From an uncultured Bacteroidales bacterium (GTDB lineage Bacteria; Bacteroidota; Bacteroidia; Bacteroidales; Bacteroidaceae), in NCBI GenBank assembly GCA_937906165.1, contig CALCYA010000096.1, positions 877 to 64,876 of the forward strand: a stretch of DNA of 64,000 nt. The letters run 5' to 3'. Position numbers and translations under genes: made by a program. Every line of letters starts with the position of its first letter. Position 1 is the stretch's first letter. This document shows, piece by piece, positions 1-9,788 of this stretch. The notes under the pieces are model-generated. The model was not told where the DNA came from, made no database searches, and saw nothing but the letters and a program-made list of their open reading frames with translations.

Positions 1-209
1 GGGGATGTCTTGTCGGTACCAATCTTTGCAAATATAATCCTTTTGCCTTAAAAACCAACTTCTGTTTATGTGAAAAAATCTTTATAGCTCCAATAGTATA
101 ATTTTTTCTTTAATAAGTCGCTATAATGAAAGATTTTATTAAATTTGCAGAGAATTACGCCCATCGGGCATAATAAGACTATCTAACTACTTTAAAGTAT
201 TAAATAACT

Positions 210-1208
210 ATGGTAAATTACAAAGAATTAGGTCTTGTAAACACTAAGGAGATGTTTGCAAAGGCAATGAAGGGCGGTTACGCTATCCCAGCTTTCAACT
301 TCAACAACATGGAGCAGTTGCAGGCTATCATCATGGCTGCTGTTGAGACAAAGTCTCCGGTTATCCTCCAGGTATCAAGCGGTGCCCGCAAGTATGCTAA
401 CCAGACTCTTCTCCGTTACATGGCAGAGGGTGCTGTCGAGTATGCAAAGGAGCTCGGTTGCACAAACCCTGAGATCGTTCTCCACCTCGACCACGGTAAC
501 TCTTTCGAATTGTGTAAGTCTTGTATCGACATGGGCTTCTCTTCAGTTATGATCGACGGTTCACACCTTCCATATGAGGAGAACGTTGCTCTCACAAAGC
601 AGGTTGTTGAGTACGCTCACCAGTACGGTGTTACTGTTGAGGGCGAGCTCGGTATCCTTGCAGGTGTTGAGGATGACGTAGTTGCTGAGCACCACACTTA
701 TACACGTCCTGAGGAGGTTGTTGACTTCGTTACTAAGACAGGTTGCGACAGCTTGGCTATCTCTATCGGTACTTCTCACGGTGCCAACAAGTTCAAGCCC
801 GAGCAGTGCACACGCAACGAGAAGGGTGTTCTTGTTCCTCCCCCATTGGCATTCGACGTTCTCGAGGGCTGTATGAAGGAGCTTCCCGGTTTCCCAATCG
901 TTCTCCACGGTTCTTCTTCAGTTCCACAGGAGGAGGTTGAGACAATCAACAAGTACGGTGGTGCTTTGAAGGATGCTATCGGTATTCCTGAGGAGGAGCT
1001 CCGTAAGGCAGCATCTCTCGCAGTTTGTAAGATCAACATTGATAGCGACAGCCGTCTTGCTATGACTGCAGCTATCCGTGAGGTATTCGCTACAAACCCT
1101 GCAGAGTTCGACCCAAGAAAGTATCTCGGTCCTGCTCGCGAGAACATGAAGAAGCAGTACATCCACAAGATTGTGAACGTACTTGGTTCAGATAACAAGC
1201 TCGCTTAA
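210..1208 (+). CDS. fba: Class II fructose-1,6-bisphosphate aldolase
   Basis: 332-aa ORF. It shows the typical class II FBA pattern (AIPAFNFNN, PVILQVSSGA, LHLDHG, ISIGTSHG, VLHGSS). Confidence 0.93.
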   Translation: MVNYKELGLVNTKEMFAKAMKGGYAIPAFNFNNMEQLQAIIMAAVETKSPVILQVSSGARKYANQTLLRYMAEGAVEYAKELGCTNPEIVLHLDHGNSFELCKSCIDMGFSSVMIDGSHLPYEENVALTKQVVEYAHQYGVTVEGELGILAGVEDDVVAEHHTYTRPEEVVDFVTKTGCDSLAISIGTSHGANKFKPEQCTRNEKGVLVPPPLAFDVLEGCMKELPGFPIVLHGSSSVPQEEVETINKYGGALKDAIGIPEEELRKAASLAVCKINIDSDSRLAMTAAIREVFATNPAEFDPRKYLGPARENMKKQYIHKIVNVLGSDNKLA

Positions 1209-1295
1209 TTTGTTTTTTAAAAAGGCATCTGCTGCGTTACGTTCAATTTTGTAAACAGTCATTTAGGTCACTAAACTCCTGTCTTCAAAATTTTT

Positions 1296-1385
1296 GCAAG
1301 CCTTGCCTTCGGCGAGCCTTTTAGACGCTCGCAGTAAAACGTTAAAGTAAACTTTACGTTTAGCTCGCTTGGCTTAAGCCTTGCA
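1296..1385. repeat. Diverged member of the dispersed GCGAG-hairpin intergenic repeat family
   Basis: Sequence gacGCTCGCAG-[taaaacgttaaagt/actttacgttta hairpin]-GCTCGCTTggcttaagcc. The architecture matches the copies at 48946, 54745 and 55926: GCGAG words flank a variable hairpin. Confidence 0.45.
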
Positions 1386-1420
1386 TCAGAGCTTTTTAAA
1401 ATGACAAATGGTTATACTAT

Positions 1421-1455
1421 CAAGGGGTGACTGCAAAGTCACCCCTTGATTTATG
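1421..1455 (+). terminator. Stem-loop followed by a T-rich tract (putative intrinsic terminator between fba and queA)
   Basis: Perfect 11-bp stem caaggggtgac / gtcaccccttg with a 6-nt loop, followed by atttat. Confidence 0.5.
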
Positions 1456-1506
1456 CCTGTTGTTTCGGCGGTTTGTATTATCTTTGTGTTCAGTATAATG
1501 TTTGTA

Positions 1507-2721
1507 ATGAAAAAGATTCAGGAAATAGCCATTGCGGAGTATGATTATCCGTTGCCTGATGAGAGGATTGCAAAATATCCCCTCGCACAGCGTGACAGTT
1601 CAAAACTCCTGCTTTATAATAAGGGTGTGGTGAGTGAGGATGTCTTCTCTAACCTGCCCAAGTATATCCCGCAGAATGCATTGATGGTTTTCAACAACAC
1701 CAAGGTCATTCAGGCGCGTCTGCGATTCCGTAAGGAGACGGGTGCGCTCATTGAGGTCTTCTGTCTTGAGCCGGAACAGCCTTGTGACTACCAGCAGATA
1801 TTCCTTGAGACAAAGGAGTGTGTGTGGCTGTGTCTTGTAGGTAACTCGAACCGTTGGAAGGGTGGTGTGCTCTCACAGGTTGTTGAGGTCGGCGGTAAAA
1901 ATGTGACTCTGTCGGTGGAGCGCGTCGGTGGTCCTGCAGCTGTGAATCACGTGCGTTTCTCATGGGACGGCGGCGTCTCTTTTGCCGAGTTACTTGAGGC
2001 TGCCGGTGAGTTGCCTATTCCTCCGTATCTCAACCGCAGGACTGATGAGAGTGACACGCGTACCTATCAGACGGTCTATTCTAAGATAAAGGGCTCTGTG
2101 GCAGCGCCTACTGCCGGACTGCATTTTACTCCGGCTGTGCTTGAGGCTCTTACGTCTGCCGGCATAGAGCGCGAAGAGGTTACATTGCACGTGGGTGCGG
2201 GTACATTCAAGCCTGTGAAGAGTGAACTCATTGCCGACCATGAGATGCACGAGGAGTATATCGAGGTGCGTAAGGCTCTGATTGAGAAGATTGTTGCAGC
2301 CGGAGGCGAGGCTGTTGCTGTGGGTACTACATCGGTGCGCACACTCGAGAGCCTGTACTTCCTTGGTGAGCTGGTGGCAGAGAATCCGTCTGTAACGCAG
2401 GATGAACTGCATGTGAACCAGTGGACTCCTTATAACCGTGAGCACTCATTGGCAACGGTGGATTCATTGAAAGCGCTGTTGGAGTGGATGGAACGCAACG
2501 GGCTTGACCGTGTACATTCACACACGCAGATAATGATTGCTCCGGGCTACAGGTACCGCATTGTAAAGGCTATTGTCACCAACTTCCACCAGCCGAAGAG
2601 CACACTGCTTCTGCTTGTGTCTGCATTTGTGGACGGTGACTGGCGCACTATATATGATTATGCCCTTGCCAACGGGTTCCGTTTCCTCAGTTACGGTGAC
2701 AGTTCACTGCTTATTCCATAA
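1507..2721 (+). CDS. queA: S-adenosylmethionine:tRNA ribosyltransferase-isomerase
   Basis: QueA-type N-terminus (YDYPLPDERIAKYPL..RDSSKLL) and C-terminus (FHQPKSTLLLLVSAF...RFLSYGDSSLL). The start was moved to the internal MKKIQE (1507), because the 1453 extension overlaps the upstream hairpin. Confidence 0.9.
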   Translation: MKKIQEIAIAEYDYPLPDERIAKYPLAQRDSSKLLLYNKGVVSEDVFSNLPKYIPQNALMVFNNTKVIQARLRFRKETGALIEVFCLEPEQPCDYQQIFLETKECVWLCLVGNSNRWKGGVLSQVVEVGGKNVTLSVERVGGPAAVNHVRFSWDGGVSFAELLEAAGELPIPPYLNRRTDESDTRTYQTVYSKIKGSVAAPTAGLHFTPAVLEALTSAGIEREEVTLHVGAGTFKPVKSELIADHEMHEEYIEVRKALIEKIVAAGGEAVAVGTTSVRTLESLYFLGELVAENPSVTQDELHVNQWTPYNREHSLATVDSLKALLEWMERNGLDRVHSHTQIMIAPGYRYRIVKAIVTNFHQPKSTLLLLVSAFVDGDWRTIYDYALANGFRFLSYGDSSLLIP

Positions 2722-2739
2722 GTACCTTCAGTTACCACC

Positions 2740-3795
2740 TTGATTATTGATTTGTGTATGATAACAAAAATTGACGACATAACATATCTGCTCGATAGCG
2801 ACAAGAAGTGCGCTACTGTTACAAAGAGTCTGTCGCCCTATTCGGGCGCGGTGGTGATACCTTCGTCCATTGCGGTTGATGATGTTGAGTATGCCGTTGT
2901 GGATATCCTTGATGAGGCTTTCATGGATTGTACCGGACTGTGCTCCGTTGTGCTTGGCGATAATATCGATTCTATCGGCATAAGTGCTTTCGAGGGGTGC
3001 TGTATGCTTTCATCCGTGAAATTCAACGATGCACTGCATGCTGTCGGTCTGCAGGCATTCAAGGGGTGTACTTCACTTGTCGAGGTGGTTTTCCCGCCAA
3101 AGGTGCTGGTGATAGGCCGCTCGGCTTTTGCAGGGTGTACGGCGCTTGAGAGGGCCTTCTTGCCCGACAACCTCGTGAATATTGAGCCTTCGCTCTTTGA
3201 CGGTTGCAAGGCTCTTGAGAGGATATCTGTTGGTGAACTTGTGGACACCGTAGGTGAGTATGCTTTCTGTGGTTGCTCGTCACTGAAAGAGGTTGTTCTT
3301 CCCGAGGGGCTTCTCTCTGTTGAGGGGTGGTCTTTCCGTGATTGTACGGCATTAAAGACAATCAAATTGCCGCAGAGTGTGGCGGCTGTCAAGAAGGGTG
3401 CGTTCTGGGGCTGTTCTGCTCTTGAGGAGTTTGTCTTGCCCGATGCTGTGAATATGCTCGATCAGGGCGTGCTTGCCAACTGTACGTCGCTCAAGAGCGT
3501 TTCTCTGCACGAAGGTGTGTTGAGCATCGGCTACGGTGCTTTCTACAACTGTTCGGCAATAGAATGCATAACGTTGCCTGCTGCGGTAGTGAATGTGGGT
3601 GACCAGGCTTTCCGCAGCTGCAAGTCCCTGAAGGAACTGCGCGTGCTGTGTGATGCTGCTCCGATGTGCTCGGCCGATATTGCCGATGCCGATGTCTATG
3701 CCCGTACTCTGTTGCTTGTGCCTCAGGGAAAAGTGGGGGAATATGGTTTTGCCCGCGTGTGGGACCGTTTCGGTAATATAGAGGAGATTCTCTGA
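2740..3795 (+). CDS. BspA-type leucine-rich repeat (LRR_5) protein
   Basis: About 12 tandem ~23-aa repeats of pattern I(G)..AF.GC..L..V.LP (IGISAFEGCCML, IGRSAFAGCTAL, VGEYAFCGCSSL...). No obvious signal peptide. An alternative start is at 2758. Confidence 0.8.
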   Translation: MIIDLCMITKIDDITYLLDSDKKCATVTKSLSPYSGAVVIPSSIAVDDVEYAVVDILDEAFMDCTGLCSVVLGDNIDSIGISAFEGCCMLSSVKFNDALHAVGLQAFKGCTSLVEVVFPPKVLVIGRSAFAGCTALERAFLPDNLVNIEPSLFDGCKALERISVGELVDTVGEYAFCGCSSLKEVVLPEGLLSVEGWSFRDCTALKTIKLPQSVAAVKKGAFWGCSALEEFVLPDAVNMLDQGVLANCTSLKSVSLHEGVLSIGYGAFYNCSAIECITLPAAVVNVGDQAFRSCKSLKELRVLCDAAPMCSADIADADVYARTLLLVPQGKVGEYGFARVWDRFGNIEEIL

Positions 3796-3878
3796 AGTCT
3801 TATTTATCTTTTTTCATTTTTTATTGCTGTTCTTCTCGTTTTTTATCACTATATTCGCGTTTCAGTAAATGATGATAT

Positions 3879-4967
3879 ATGAAGATAGGTGATAAAGTAC
3901 GCTTTATTTATGAGACTGGCGGTGGAGTGGTGACAGGCTTCCGCGGTAAGGATATTGTCCTTGTTGAGGATGCCGACGGCTTTGAGATTCCCATGAACGT
4001 GCGCGAGTGCGTGGCGGTAGATACCAACGAGTACAATTTCCAGAAAAAGACGGTTACCCCAAAGGAGAAAGAGGAGGTTAAGAAACGCAATGCTCCTGCT
4101 AAGGTTGTTCAGGAGGATGAGAATGAACCTTTCGAGCCCATTGTGTCGTACCGCCCCATGGAACGTCCCGAGGGTGAGCGTCTCAATGTGATGCTTGCAT
4201 TCCTGCCTATGGATGCGAAGTCTCTAAACAACTCGCGTTTCGAGGCTTACCTAATCAATGACAGCAACTATACCCTCTATTTCACATACCTTTCGGCGTC
4301 GGGCCGCAGCTGGACCGCACGTGCCAACGGTGTTCTTGAACCCAACTCGAAGATGTTCCTCGAGGAGTTCGGTCGTGAGGAACTTAACGACATCGAGCGT
4401 GTATGCGTGCAGCTTCTGCCATTCAAGGAGAATAAGCCTTTTGCCTTGAAGGCTGCAATGAACATCGAGCGTCGCATCGACACTGTGAAGTTCTATAAGC
4501 TGCATCTCTTCCGCGAGAACCTTTTCTTTGATGAGGGCGCGCTCATCTATGACCTTGTGGTTGATGACAAGCCTACAAAGGAGGTCTTCACTGATGCCGA
4601 GGAAATCCAGAAGATTATTCTTGAGAAGAAAAAGGGTGACCAGCCGCAGAAGCCTGCCCAACAGCCCAAGATAACGAAAGGGAGCGATATCCTTGAAGTT
4701 GACTTGCATATCGATGCCTTGCTTGAGACAACAGCAGGAATGAACAATTTTGATATGCTCAACTACCAGCTCGATGTGGTGCGCAGGACAATGGACGAGA
4801 ACCTCAAATATAAGGGTAAGAAGATTGTCTTTATCCACGGCAAGGGCGAGGGTGTGCTACGCAATGCAATCTCGCAGGAGATACGTCGCAAGTATCCCAA
4901 ATGCCTTTCGCAGGATGCTTCGTTCCAGAAGTACGGTTTCGGTGCAACAATGGTGATAATAAAATAA
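3879..4967 (+). CDS. Smr (MutS2 C-terminal-like) domain protein, DUF2027-like N-terminus
   Basis: C-terminal Smr pattern: LEVDLHIDAL...KIVFIHGKGEGVLRNAI...GATMVII. Confidence 0.75.
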   Translation: MKIGDKVRFIYETGGGVVTGFRGKDIVLVEDADGFEIPMNVRECVAVDTNEYNFQKKTVTPKEKEEVKKRNAPAKVVQEDENEPFEPIVSYRPMERPEGERLNVMLAFLPMDAKSLNNSRFEAYLINDSNYTLYFTYLSASGRSWTARANGVLEPNSKMFLEEFGREELNDIERVCVQLLPFKENKPFALKAAMNIERRIDTVKFYKLHLFRENLFFDEGALIYDLVVDDKPTKEVFTDAEEIQKIILEKKKGDQPQKPAQQPKITKGSDILEVDLHIDALLETTAGMNNFDMLNYQLDVVRRTMDENLKYKGKKIVFIHGKGEGVLRNAISQEIRRKYPKCLSQDASFQKYGFGATMVIIK

Positions 4968-4977
4968 ATGATATATT

Positions 4978-6219
4978 ATGAGTGAATTTAAAGAAAGTAT
5001 GTTACAGCGCTTTTTGAAGTTTGTGACATTTGATACAGAATCTTGTGACGATGCAACGACTGTTCCTACAACCGAAGGGCAGTTTGTCTTTGCGCGTTTC
5101 CTTGAGCAGGAACTCAAGGCTATGGGCCTGAGCGAGGTTGTCCTTGACGAGAAGGGTTATCTCTATGCTACCCTTCCTGCAAACACTGACAAGGATCTTC
5201 CTGTAGTAGGTTTCATCGCACACCTTGATACAAGTCCCGACATGAGCGGCAAGGATGTGAAGCCACGTGTGGTAAGCTACACCGGCGGTAACATCGTGCT
5301 CTCGGCAAAGGATGACATAGTGTTGCGCGTGTCTGATTTCCCAGAGGTTGAGAACTACATAGGACACGACCTTATCGTTACCGACGGTCACACTCTGCTC
5401 GGTGCCGATGACAAGGCCGGCGTTGCGGAAATCATCACCGCAATAGAGTACCTGCAGGCTCATCCCGAGATTGAGCACGGTAAAATCCGCATTGCTTTCA
5501 ACCCCGACGAGGAGATAGGCCGTGGTGCCCACAACTTCAACGTTCCTCTCTTCGGTTGCGACTGGGCATATACCGTTGACGGTGGTGCCGAGGGTGAGCT
5601 TGAGTTCGAGAATTTCAACGCCGGCAGCGCTCTCTTCACGATACAGGGCCGTAATGTGCATCCTGGTTATGCGAAGGGCAAGATGCTGAATGCCTTGCGC
5701 GTGGCAACATCTATCGTTACAACAATTCCTGCAGTGGAGTCTCCCGAGTGTACCGATGGCTACCAGGGTTTCTATCACCTGATGGGCATCAACGGAGGTG
5801 TAGACCATGCCGAGGTGTCATATATCATCCGTGACCATAACGGTGAACTCTTTGCAAAGCGCATGGCATTCATGCGTACAGTGGAGAAGGCCATGTGCGA
5901 GAAGTACGGCAACGGTGTTGTCTCTCTTGAACTCAAGGAGCAGTACCGCAACATGCGTGAGCAGGTGGAGCCGAAGATGCATATAATCGAGCTTGCCAAG
6001 ATGGCTATGCAGCAGGCCGACGTGGTGCCTCTTGTGAAGCCCATCCGCGGTGGTACTGATGGTGCGCAGCTCTCTTTCATGGGGCTTCCCTGTCCTAACC
6101 TATTTGCCGGTGGCGTGAACTTCCACAGCCGTTATGAGTTCGTGTCTGTACAGGTGATGGAGAAGGCTGTGAAGACTATTGTGAATATTGCAGCGGGTGT
6201 AAAGGATTTGGCGAGATAA
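4978..6219 (+). CDS. pepT: Peptidase T (tripeptide aminopeptidase, M20B)
   Basis: [48 protein letters not shown] and [10 protein letters not shown] motifs. Confidence 0.93.
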   Translation: MSEFKESMLQRFLKFVTFDTESCDDATTVPTTEGQFVFARFLEQELKAMGLSEVVLDEKGYLYATLPANTDKDLPVVGFIAHLDTSPDMSGKDVKPRVVSYTGGNIVLSAKDDIVLRVSDFPEVENYIGHDLIVTDGHTLLGADDKAGVAEIITAIEYLQAHPEIEHGKIRIAFNPDEEIGRGAHNFNVPLFGCDWAYTVDGGAEGELEFENFNAGSALFTIQGRNVHPGYAKGKMLNALRVATSIVTTIPAVESPECTDGYQGFYHLMGINGGVDHAEVSYIIRDHNGELFAKRMAFMRTVEKAMCEKYGNGVVSLELKEQYRNMREQVEPKMHIIELAKMAMQQADVVPLVKPIRGGTDGAQLSFMGLPCPNLFAGGVNFHSRYEFVSVQVMEKAVKTIVNIAAGVKDLAR

Positions 6220-6238
6220 CCTTTTTTCGACATAAGAA

Positions 6239-6278
6239 AATAATAATCGCACGGACAAAGATTCGTGCGATTATTATT
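6239..6278. terminator. Bidirectional stem-loop between convergent pepT and the glycosyltransferase operon
   Basis: 15-bp stem aataataatcgcacg / cgtgcgattattatt, flanked by A- and T-runs on either side. Confidence 0.6.
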
Positions 6279-6364
6279 TATTGCTGTTCAATATTATATC
6301 CATGTGGATTTTGTGGAAGTCAGAAGCCTGCTGTCCGGTATGTGTCCATGTCGGACTTTTTTAT

Positions 6365-7465
6365 CTATTTTGATTCCCAGAAATCAAGATATTGTTTCGC
6401 TACCTTTTCGGGGGTGTGATGCTTCTCTATGAATTCGATACTCTCTCTCTGCATTGTGGAAATCTTCTCTTTGTTTTTTATCAGCCATTCAAGTTGCCTG
6501 TAAACATCCTCTTCGTCCGGTACGACATTGACCATTGGTCTCAGATCCTTCTCTCCAAGTATGTCATAGCACTCCTCTTCGGCTCCGCCAACTACAATCT
6601 TGCCTTTTGACATTGCAAGCAGTGCATTCATGCCCGGTGAATATCCGTATAGCTGGTCAAGCAGTATGTCACAACTGTTTACCATGTTTGTGTATTGCTC
6701 AAAAGGAACATTCTCGGCCTTGAGCATTTCGCACTCTTCGGGATAGTCCATTTCTACTCGTTCAAGTGCACGCAGCATGATATCGGTACCTTTGTATATG
6801 TTGCGGCTCTTGTTTATTCCTATGAAGAAACGCACCTTCTGCTTGCCGTCATGGGGAACCGATGCGGACGCACGGTCACTGTAAATCGGGAAAGGTATGT
6901 ATGTGAGCTTGTGGGGATAATCGTTCCTGTAAGCTGTATGGTACTCATACATCCCTGCTATGATCCCGTTGCAGCTGTCGGCAATCTCTTTGTTTAGCCT
7001 CTCTTTTGCTGTACCCTGCCAGTCGGCTGCCTGTTCAATGGTGTAGTCATTGAGTATCTCCTTGTCGCCGATGTTGAAATCGGAGTAGCGGAATATATGC
7101 GGTTTGCGTTTGCAGGCCTTGACCCAATAGGCGTCCATGCCGAATGCTCCGAGGAAGATTTTCTTGTTGTGTCTTTTGAGGTAGCGGTATATCGGGGCAA
7201 TACGTTCTGCCTTTATTTCAAGGAACATCGGATTTATCAGTTGTACCACATCGTATCCCCTGAATTTCGGCAAAAGGGCATATGTCTTCAACAGGTAGCT
7301 TATTCCACCAAGCTTTGTACATTTGCGCACAAGTGAGATGTCCCGCCTGTAGTCTTTCCAGAAATCTCCGTTGCTGACAACGCATACTTCATGCCCGAGG
7401 GTGCGTAGTCCTTCGGCAAGTGTCCAATGTACGTTGCTGTATTCTCCAATAAGCAGTATCTTCAT
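6365..7465 (-). CDS. GT-B fold glycosyltransferase (GT1/GT4-like)
   Basis: 366-aa ORF starting MKILLIGEY. It is the last gene of a three-gene GT operon and overlaps the upstream gene by 4 nt. The call rests on weak pattern recognition only. Confidence 0.6.
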   Translation of the reverse strand: MKILLIGEYSNVHWTLAEGLRTLGHEVCVVSNGDFWKDYRRDISLVRKCTKLGGISYLLKTYALLPKFRGYDVVQLINPMFLEIKAERIAPIYRYLKRHNKKIFLGAFGMDAYWVKACKRKPHIFRYSDFNIGDKEILNDYTIEQAADWQGTAKERLNKEIADSCNGIIAGMYEYHTAYRNDYPHKLTYIPFPIYSDRASASVPHDGKQKVRFFIGINKSRNIYKGTDIMLRALERVEMDYPEECEMLKAENVPFEQYTNMVNSCDILLDQLYGYSPGMNALLAMSKGKIVVGGAEEECYDILGEKDLRPMVNVVPDEEDVYRQLEWLIKNKEKISTMQRESIEFIEKHHTPEKVAKQYLDFWESK

Positions 7466-8460
7466 CTCTTTGTCGGTTTCTTGCGTGGAACAATGAGGCG
7501 CAGTATCTTCATACCGGTCCGGCTGTTTGCCAGCGAACGGAAAATTCTGTATTTAAAAGAGTAGTCAGCATTAGCTAAAGGGAACAGCCCTAACGGTTTG
7601 AGATGTGACTCGCATTCGTCATATATCTCATCGGCTCTCATGCCATTGAACATCATATTGAGTATGACGTCAACGCAGAGTGTGTGCAGTTTGTGTGTTA
7701 TACCGGCTCTCTGTATGATGTTTGCACCAGCAGTGTGTGTACTCCTGTATGCTGCCACGCGTTCTATTATAGTGAACATATTGTCAATACGCCTCTTCTC
7801 GAACTCACTTGAGTTATTGGCGGTTGTTGACCCTTCTCTGATGCGGTAGCAGTAAGGCTTGGCATCACTGGCAACGAGTGTCTGTGCGTGGTAATGGAGG
7901 AGGGTGTTGAATTCTTCATCTTCATGGAATATGCTTTCGGGAAACCTGATGCAGTTATCAATGGCCAGGCTCCTTTGGAAGAAATAGGTGCAAGGGCTTC
8001 CGCTCAGGTTGTTGTCTCTCATGAAAACAGCTCCGCTGATGGTGTTGCTGAAATTGACCTTATGAGGCCTTATGGTGTCGGGCCTGTCATCGGTCTTGAC
8101 AATATATCCGAAACGTAGTATCTGTGGCCTCTCACTTTCCAGCATCGCTATGCATTGCAACATATCTCCGTTTGGGAAAAGATAGTCATCGGCATCGACG
8201 AACTGTATGTATTTTCCTTGGGCCTCTTCAATACCCCTGTTGCGGGCACGTCCAGGCCCTCCATGATTGTTGTTGATGAGTTTGATGTTATAATTCTTGT
8301 ACTCGTTGCATAACCACAACGGTTGTTCTTCAGATCCGTCGTCAACGATTATTATTTCGTATGTCCCGTTGGGGAGTGCCTGCTCTATTATGCTGTCTAT
8401 GCAACGCTTAAGCATCTCCCTGGGGAGGTTGTAATGTGGTATTACTATAGATAAAAGCAT
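7462..8460 (-). CDS. Family 2 glycosyltransferase
   Basis: LSIVIPHYN...IIIVDDGSEE...FVDADDYLF motifs. The start was chosen at MLLSIVIP (8460), which abuts the upstream stop. The longest ORF reaches 8502. Confidence 0.85.
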   Translation of the reverse strand: MLLSIVIPHYNLPREMLKRCIDSIIEQALPNGTYEIIIVDDGSEEQPLWLCNEYKNYNIKLINNNHGGPGRARNRGIEEAQGKYIQFVDADDYLFPNGDMLQCIAMLESERPQILRFGYIVKTDDRPDTIRPHKVNFSNTISGAVFMRDNNLSGSPCTYFFQRSLAIDNCIRFPESIFHEDEEFNTLLHYHAQTLVASDAKPYCYRIREGSTTANNSSEFEKRRIDNMFTIIERVAAYRSTHTAGANIIQRAGITHKLHTLCVDVILNMMFNGMRADEIYDECESHLKPLGLFPLANADYSFKYRIFRSLANSRTGMKILRLIVPRKKPTKR

Positions 8461-8462
8461 TG

Positions 8463-9434
8463 TCAGTTCAGCTTTTTGTGGAGTAGTGCAAGTATTCTGC
8501 AATGTATGTTTGCTCCGAATAGTGCAAAAGGTGTATATTTGATTTTTTGCGGAATGGATAGTTCCATCCTGTATAGCCTGTCAATCTTTATCCTTTTCTC
8601 CTTGACAAGTGCCACGGCATTCTTGCGCTCTTCCTTATTACCGTCTGAACAACGGAACAGGCTCGACAGGTTGTCGATACAGCGTAGCAGTATCCTGTCG
8701 GCATAATTCTCTAATCCTTTTATCACTGACACCTTATCATGGAGCGTGGCAAGGTTGCGGAACAGGAAGTAGAAATGCTTGAACGAGTGACTGTTGCTTA
8801 TACTTTCATTATTGTCATAATAATAATAGAATCCGCAATCGGAGTAGTATACGTTCTCGCAACTGCTGAAAAGGATAGGTGTAATTAGGGTGTCTTCGAA
8901 TACCTCTCCTTCGGGGTATCTGATGAACATGAACATATCGGCACGGTATATCTTGTTGCAGGCGTAGCAGTGTTCGTATCCCTGCCGCTCTATCCAGTCC
9001 TTGAATATTTGTTCGTTGCCCGATATCTTCTGTGGCTTGAAAGAGATGACTTTGCTTCTGGGTGATTCGTAATATGCTACAATAGGGTATTCAAGTATAT
9101 CAATGTCGGGGTTGGACATCAGTATGTGCATATTGTAGTAATATGTGCCCGAAGCTACGGCATCATCACCGTCGACGAATGTGATGTACTCGCCTCTGGC
9201 GGCTGCAATACCGGCATTACGGGCCGATGAGAGACCTCCGTTTTTTTTATGGATAACCCTTACCTTGTCACATTCCTGTGCGTAGCGGTCACATATCGCT
9301 CCGCAGTTGTCGGGTGAGCCGTCATCAACAAGAATAAGCTCATAGTCGGTATATGTCTGCTGCAGTATGCTTTCGATGCATCGCTGCAGATAACGTCTTA
9401 CCTTGTATACCGGAACTATTATGCTTAATTTCAT
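8463..9434 (-). CDS. Family 2 glycosyltransferase
   Basis: LSIIVPVYKV...LILVDDGSPD...ITFVDGDDAV motifs. Confidence 0.88.
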   Translation of the reverse strand: MKLSIIVPVYKVRRYLQRCIESILQQTYTDYELILVDDGSPDNCGAICDRYAQECDKVRVIHKKNGGLSSARNAGIAAARGEYITFVDGDDAVASGTYYYNMHILMSNPDIDILEYPIVAYYESPRSKVISFKPQKISGNEQIFKDWIERQGYEHCYACNKIYRADMFMFIRYPEGEVFEDTLITPILFSSCENVYYSDCGFYYYYDNNESISNSHSFKHFYFLFRNLATLHDKVSVIKGLENYADRILLRCIDNLSSLFRCSDGNKEERKNAVALVKEKRIKIDRLYRMELSIPQKIKYTPFALFGANIHCRILALLHKKLN

Positions 9435-9460
9435 CTCTTGTTGTCTCTTTTCACGCTTTA

Positions 9461-9660
9461 GCGCAAAGATAATAACAAACGAGCGAGAAATATTAAGTTT
9501 ACTTCAATATTTTTCACAGCGAGTGCAGAAAATCTTTGAGGATGCCGCAAAGGTAGCAACAAACGGGCGGGATATATGAAACCTGTTTCAATATTTCACA
9601 GCGAGTGCAGTCTATTTTCGCGGTTTATCGCAAATATACATAATAACAGCAATAAACAGC
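9461..9660. repeat. About 2.5 copies of an ~83-bp tandem repeat, each unit ending in TTCACAGCGAGTGCAG
   Basis: Unit 1 (9461-9528) and unit 2 (9544-9610) align: gc(g/c)gcaaag(a/g)ta..aacaaacg(a/g)gcg(a/g)g...ttcaatattt(tt)cacagcgagtgcag. A partial third unit starts gcaaatatacataataacagc. Confidence 0.7.
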
Positions 9661-9788
9661 TTTTAAGGACCATTTAAAATAGACGGGTAGGGCAAGCCTC
9701 AGAGCTGGTGGAAACATTATGGGCATCAGCCACTAATTGATAGCCGACGCCCATAACCACTAATCACAATAATTTTACGTAGTCTCTA

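Noticed and set aside
1453-1506. N-terminal 18-aa extension of queA from the longest-ORF start at 1453.
   Set aside because: The extension is hydrophobic junk (MPVVSAVCIIFVFSIMFV). It begins immediately after, and overlaps the tail of, a strong hairpin. The QueA homology starts at the internal MKKIQE.
5002-5808. Long antisense ORFs inside well-supported genes: 5002-5808 in pepT, 21315-22028 in glsA/SDR, 24078-24752 in the porin, 24879-25544 and 25193-25852 in dcuB, 33789-34523 in GH2, 40367-41083 in rfbC/rfbD, and 47425-48168 in uvrA.
   Set aside because: Each lies fully within, and opposite to, a gene with clear family motifs. Their translations are low-complexity or Arg/Cys/His-rich with no recognisable motif. 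Frames like these are expected by chance opposite codon-biased genes of moderate GC.
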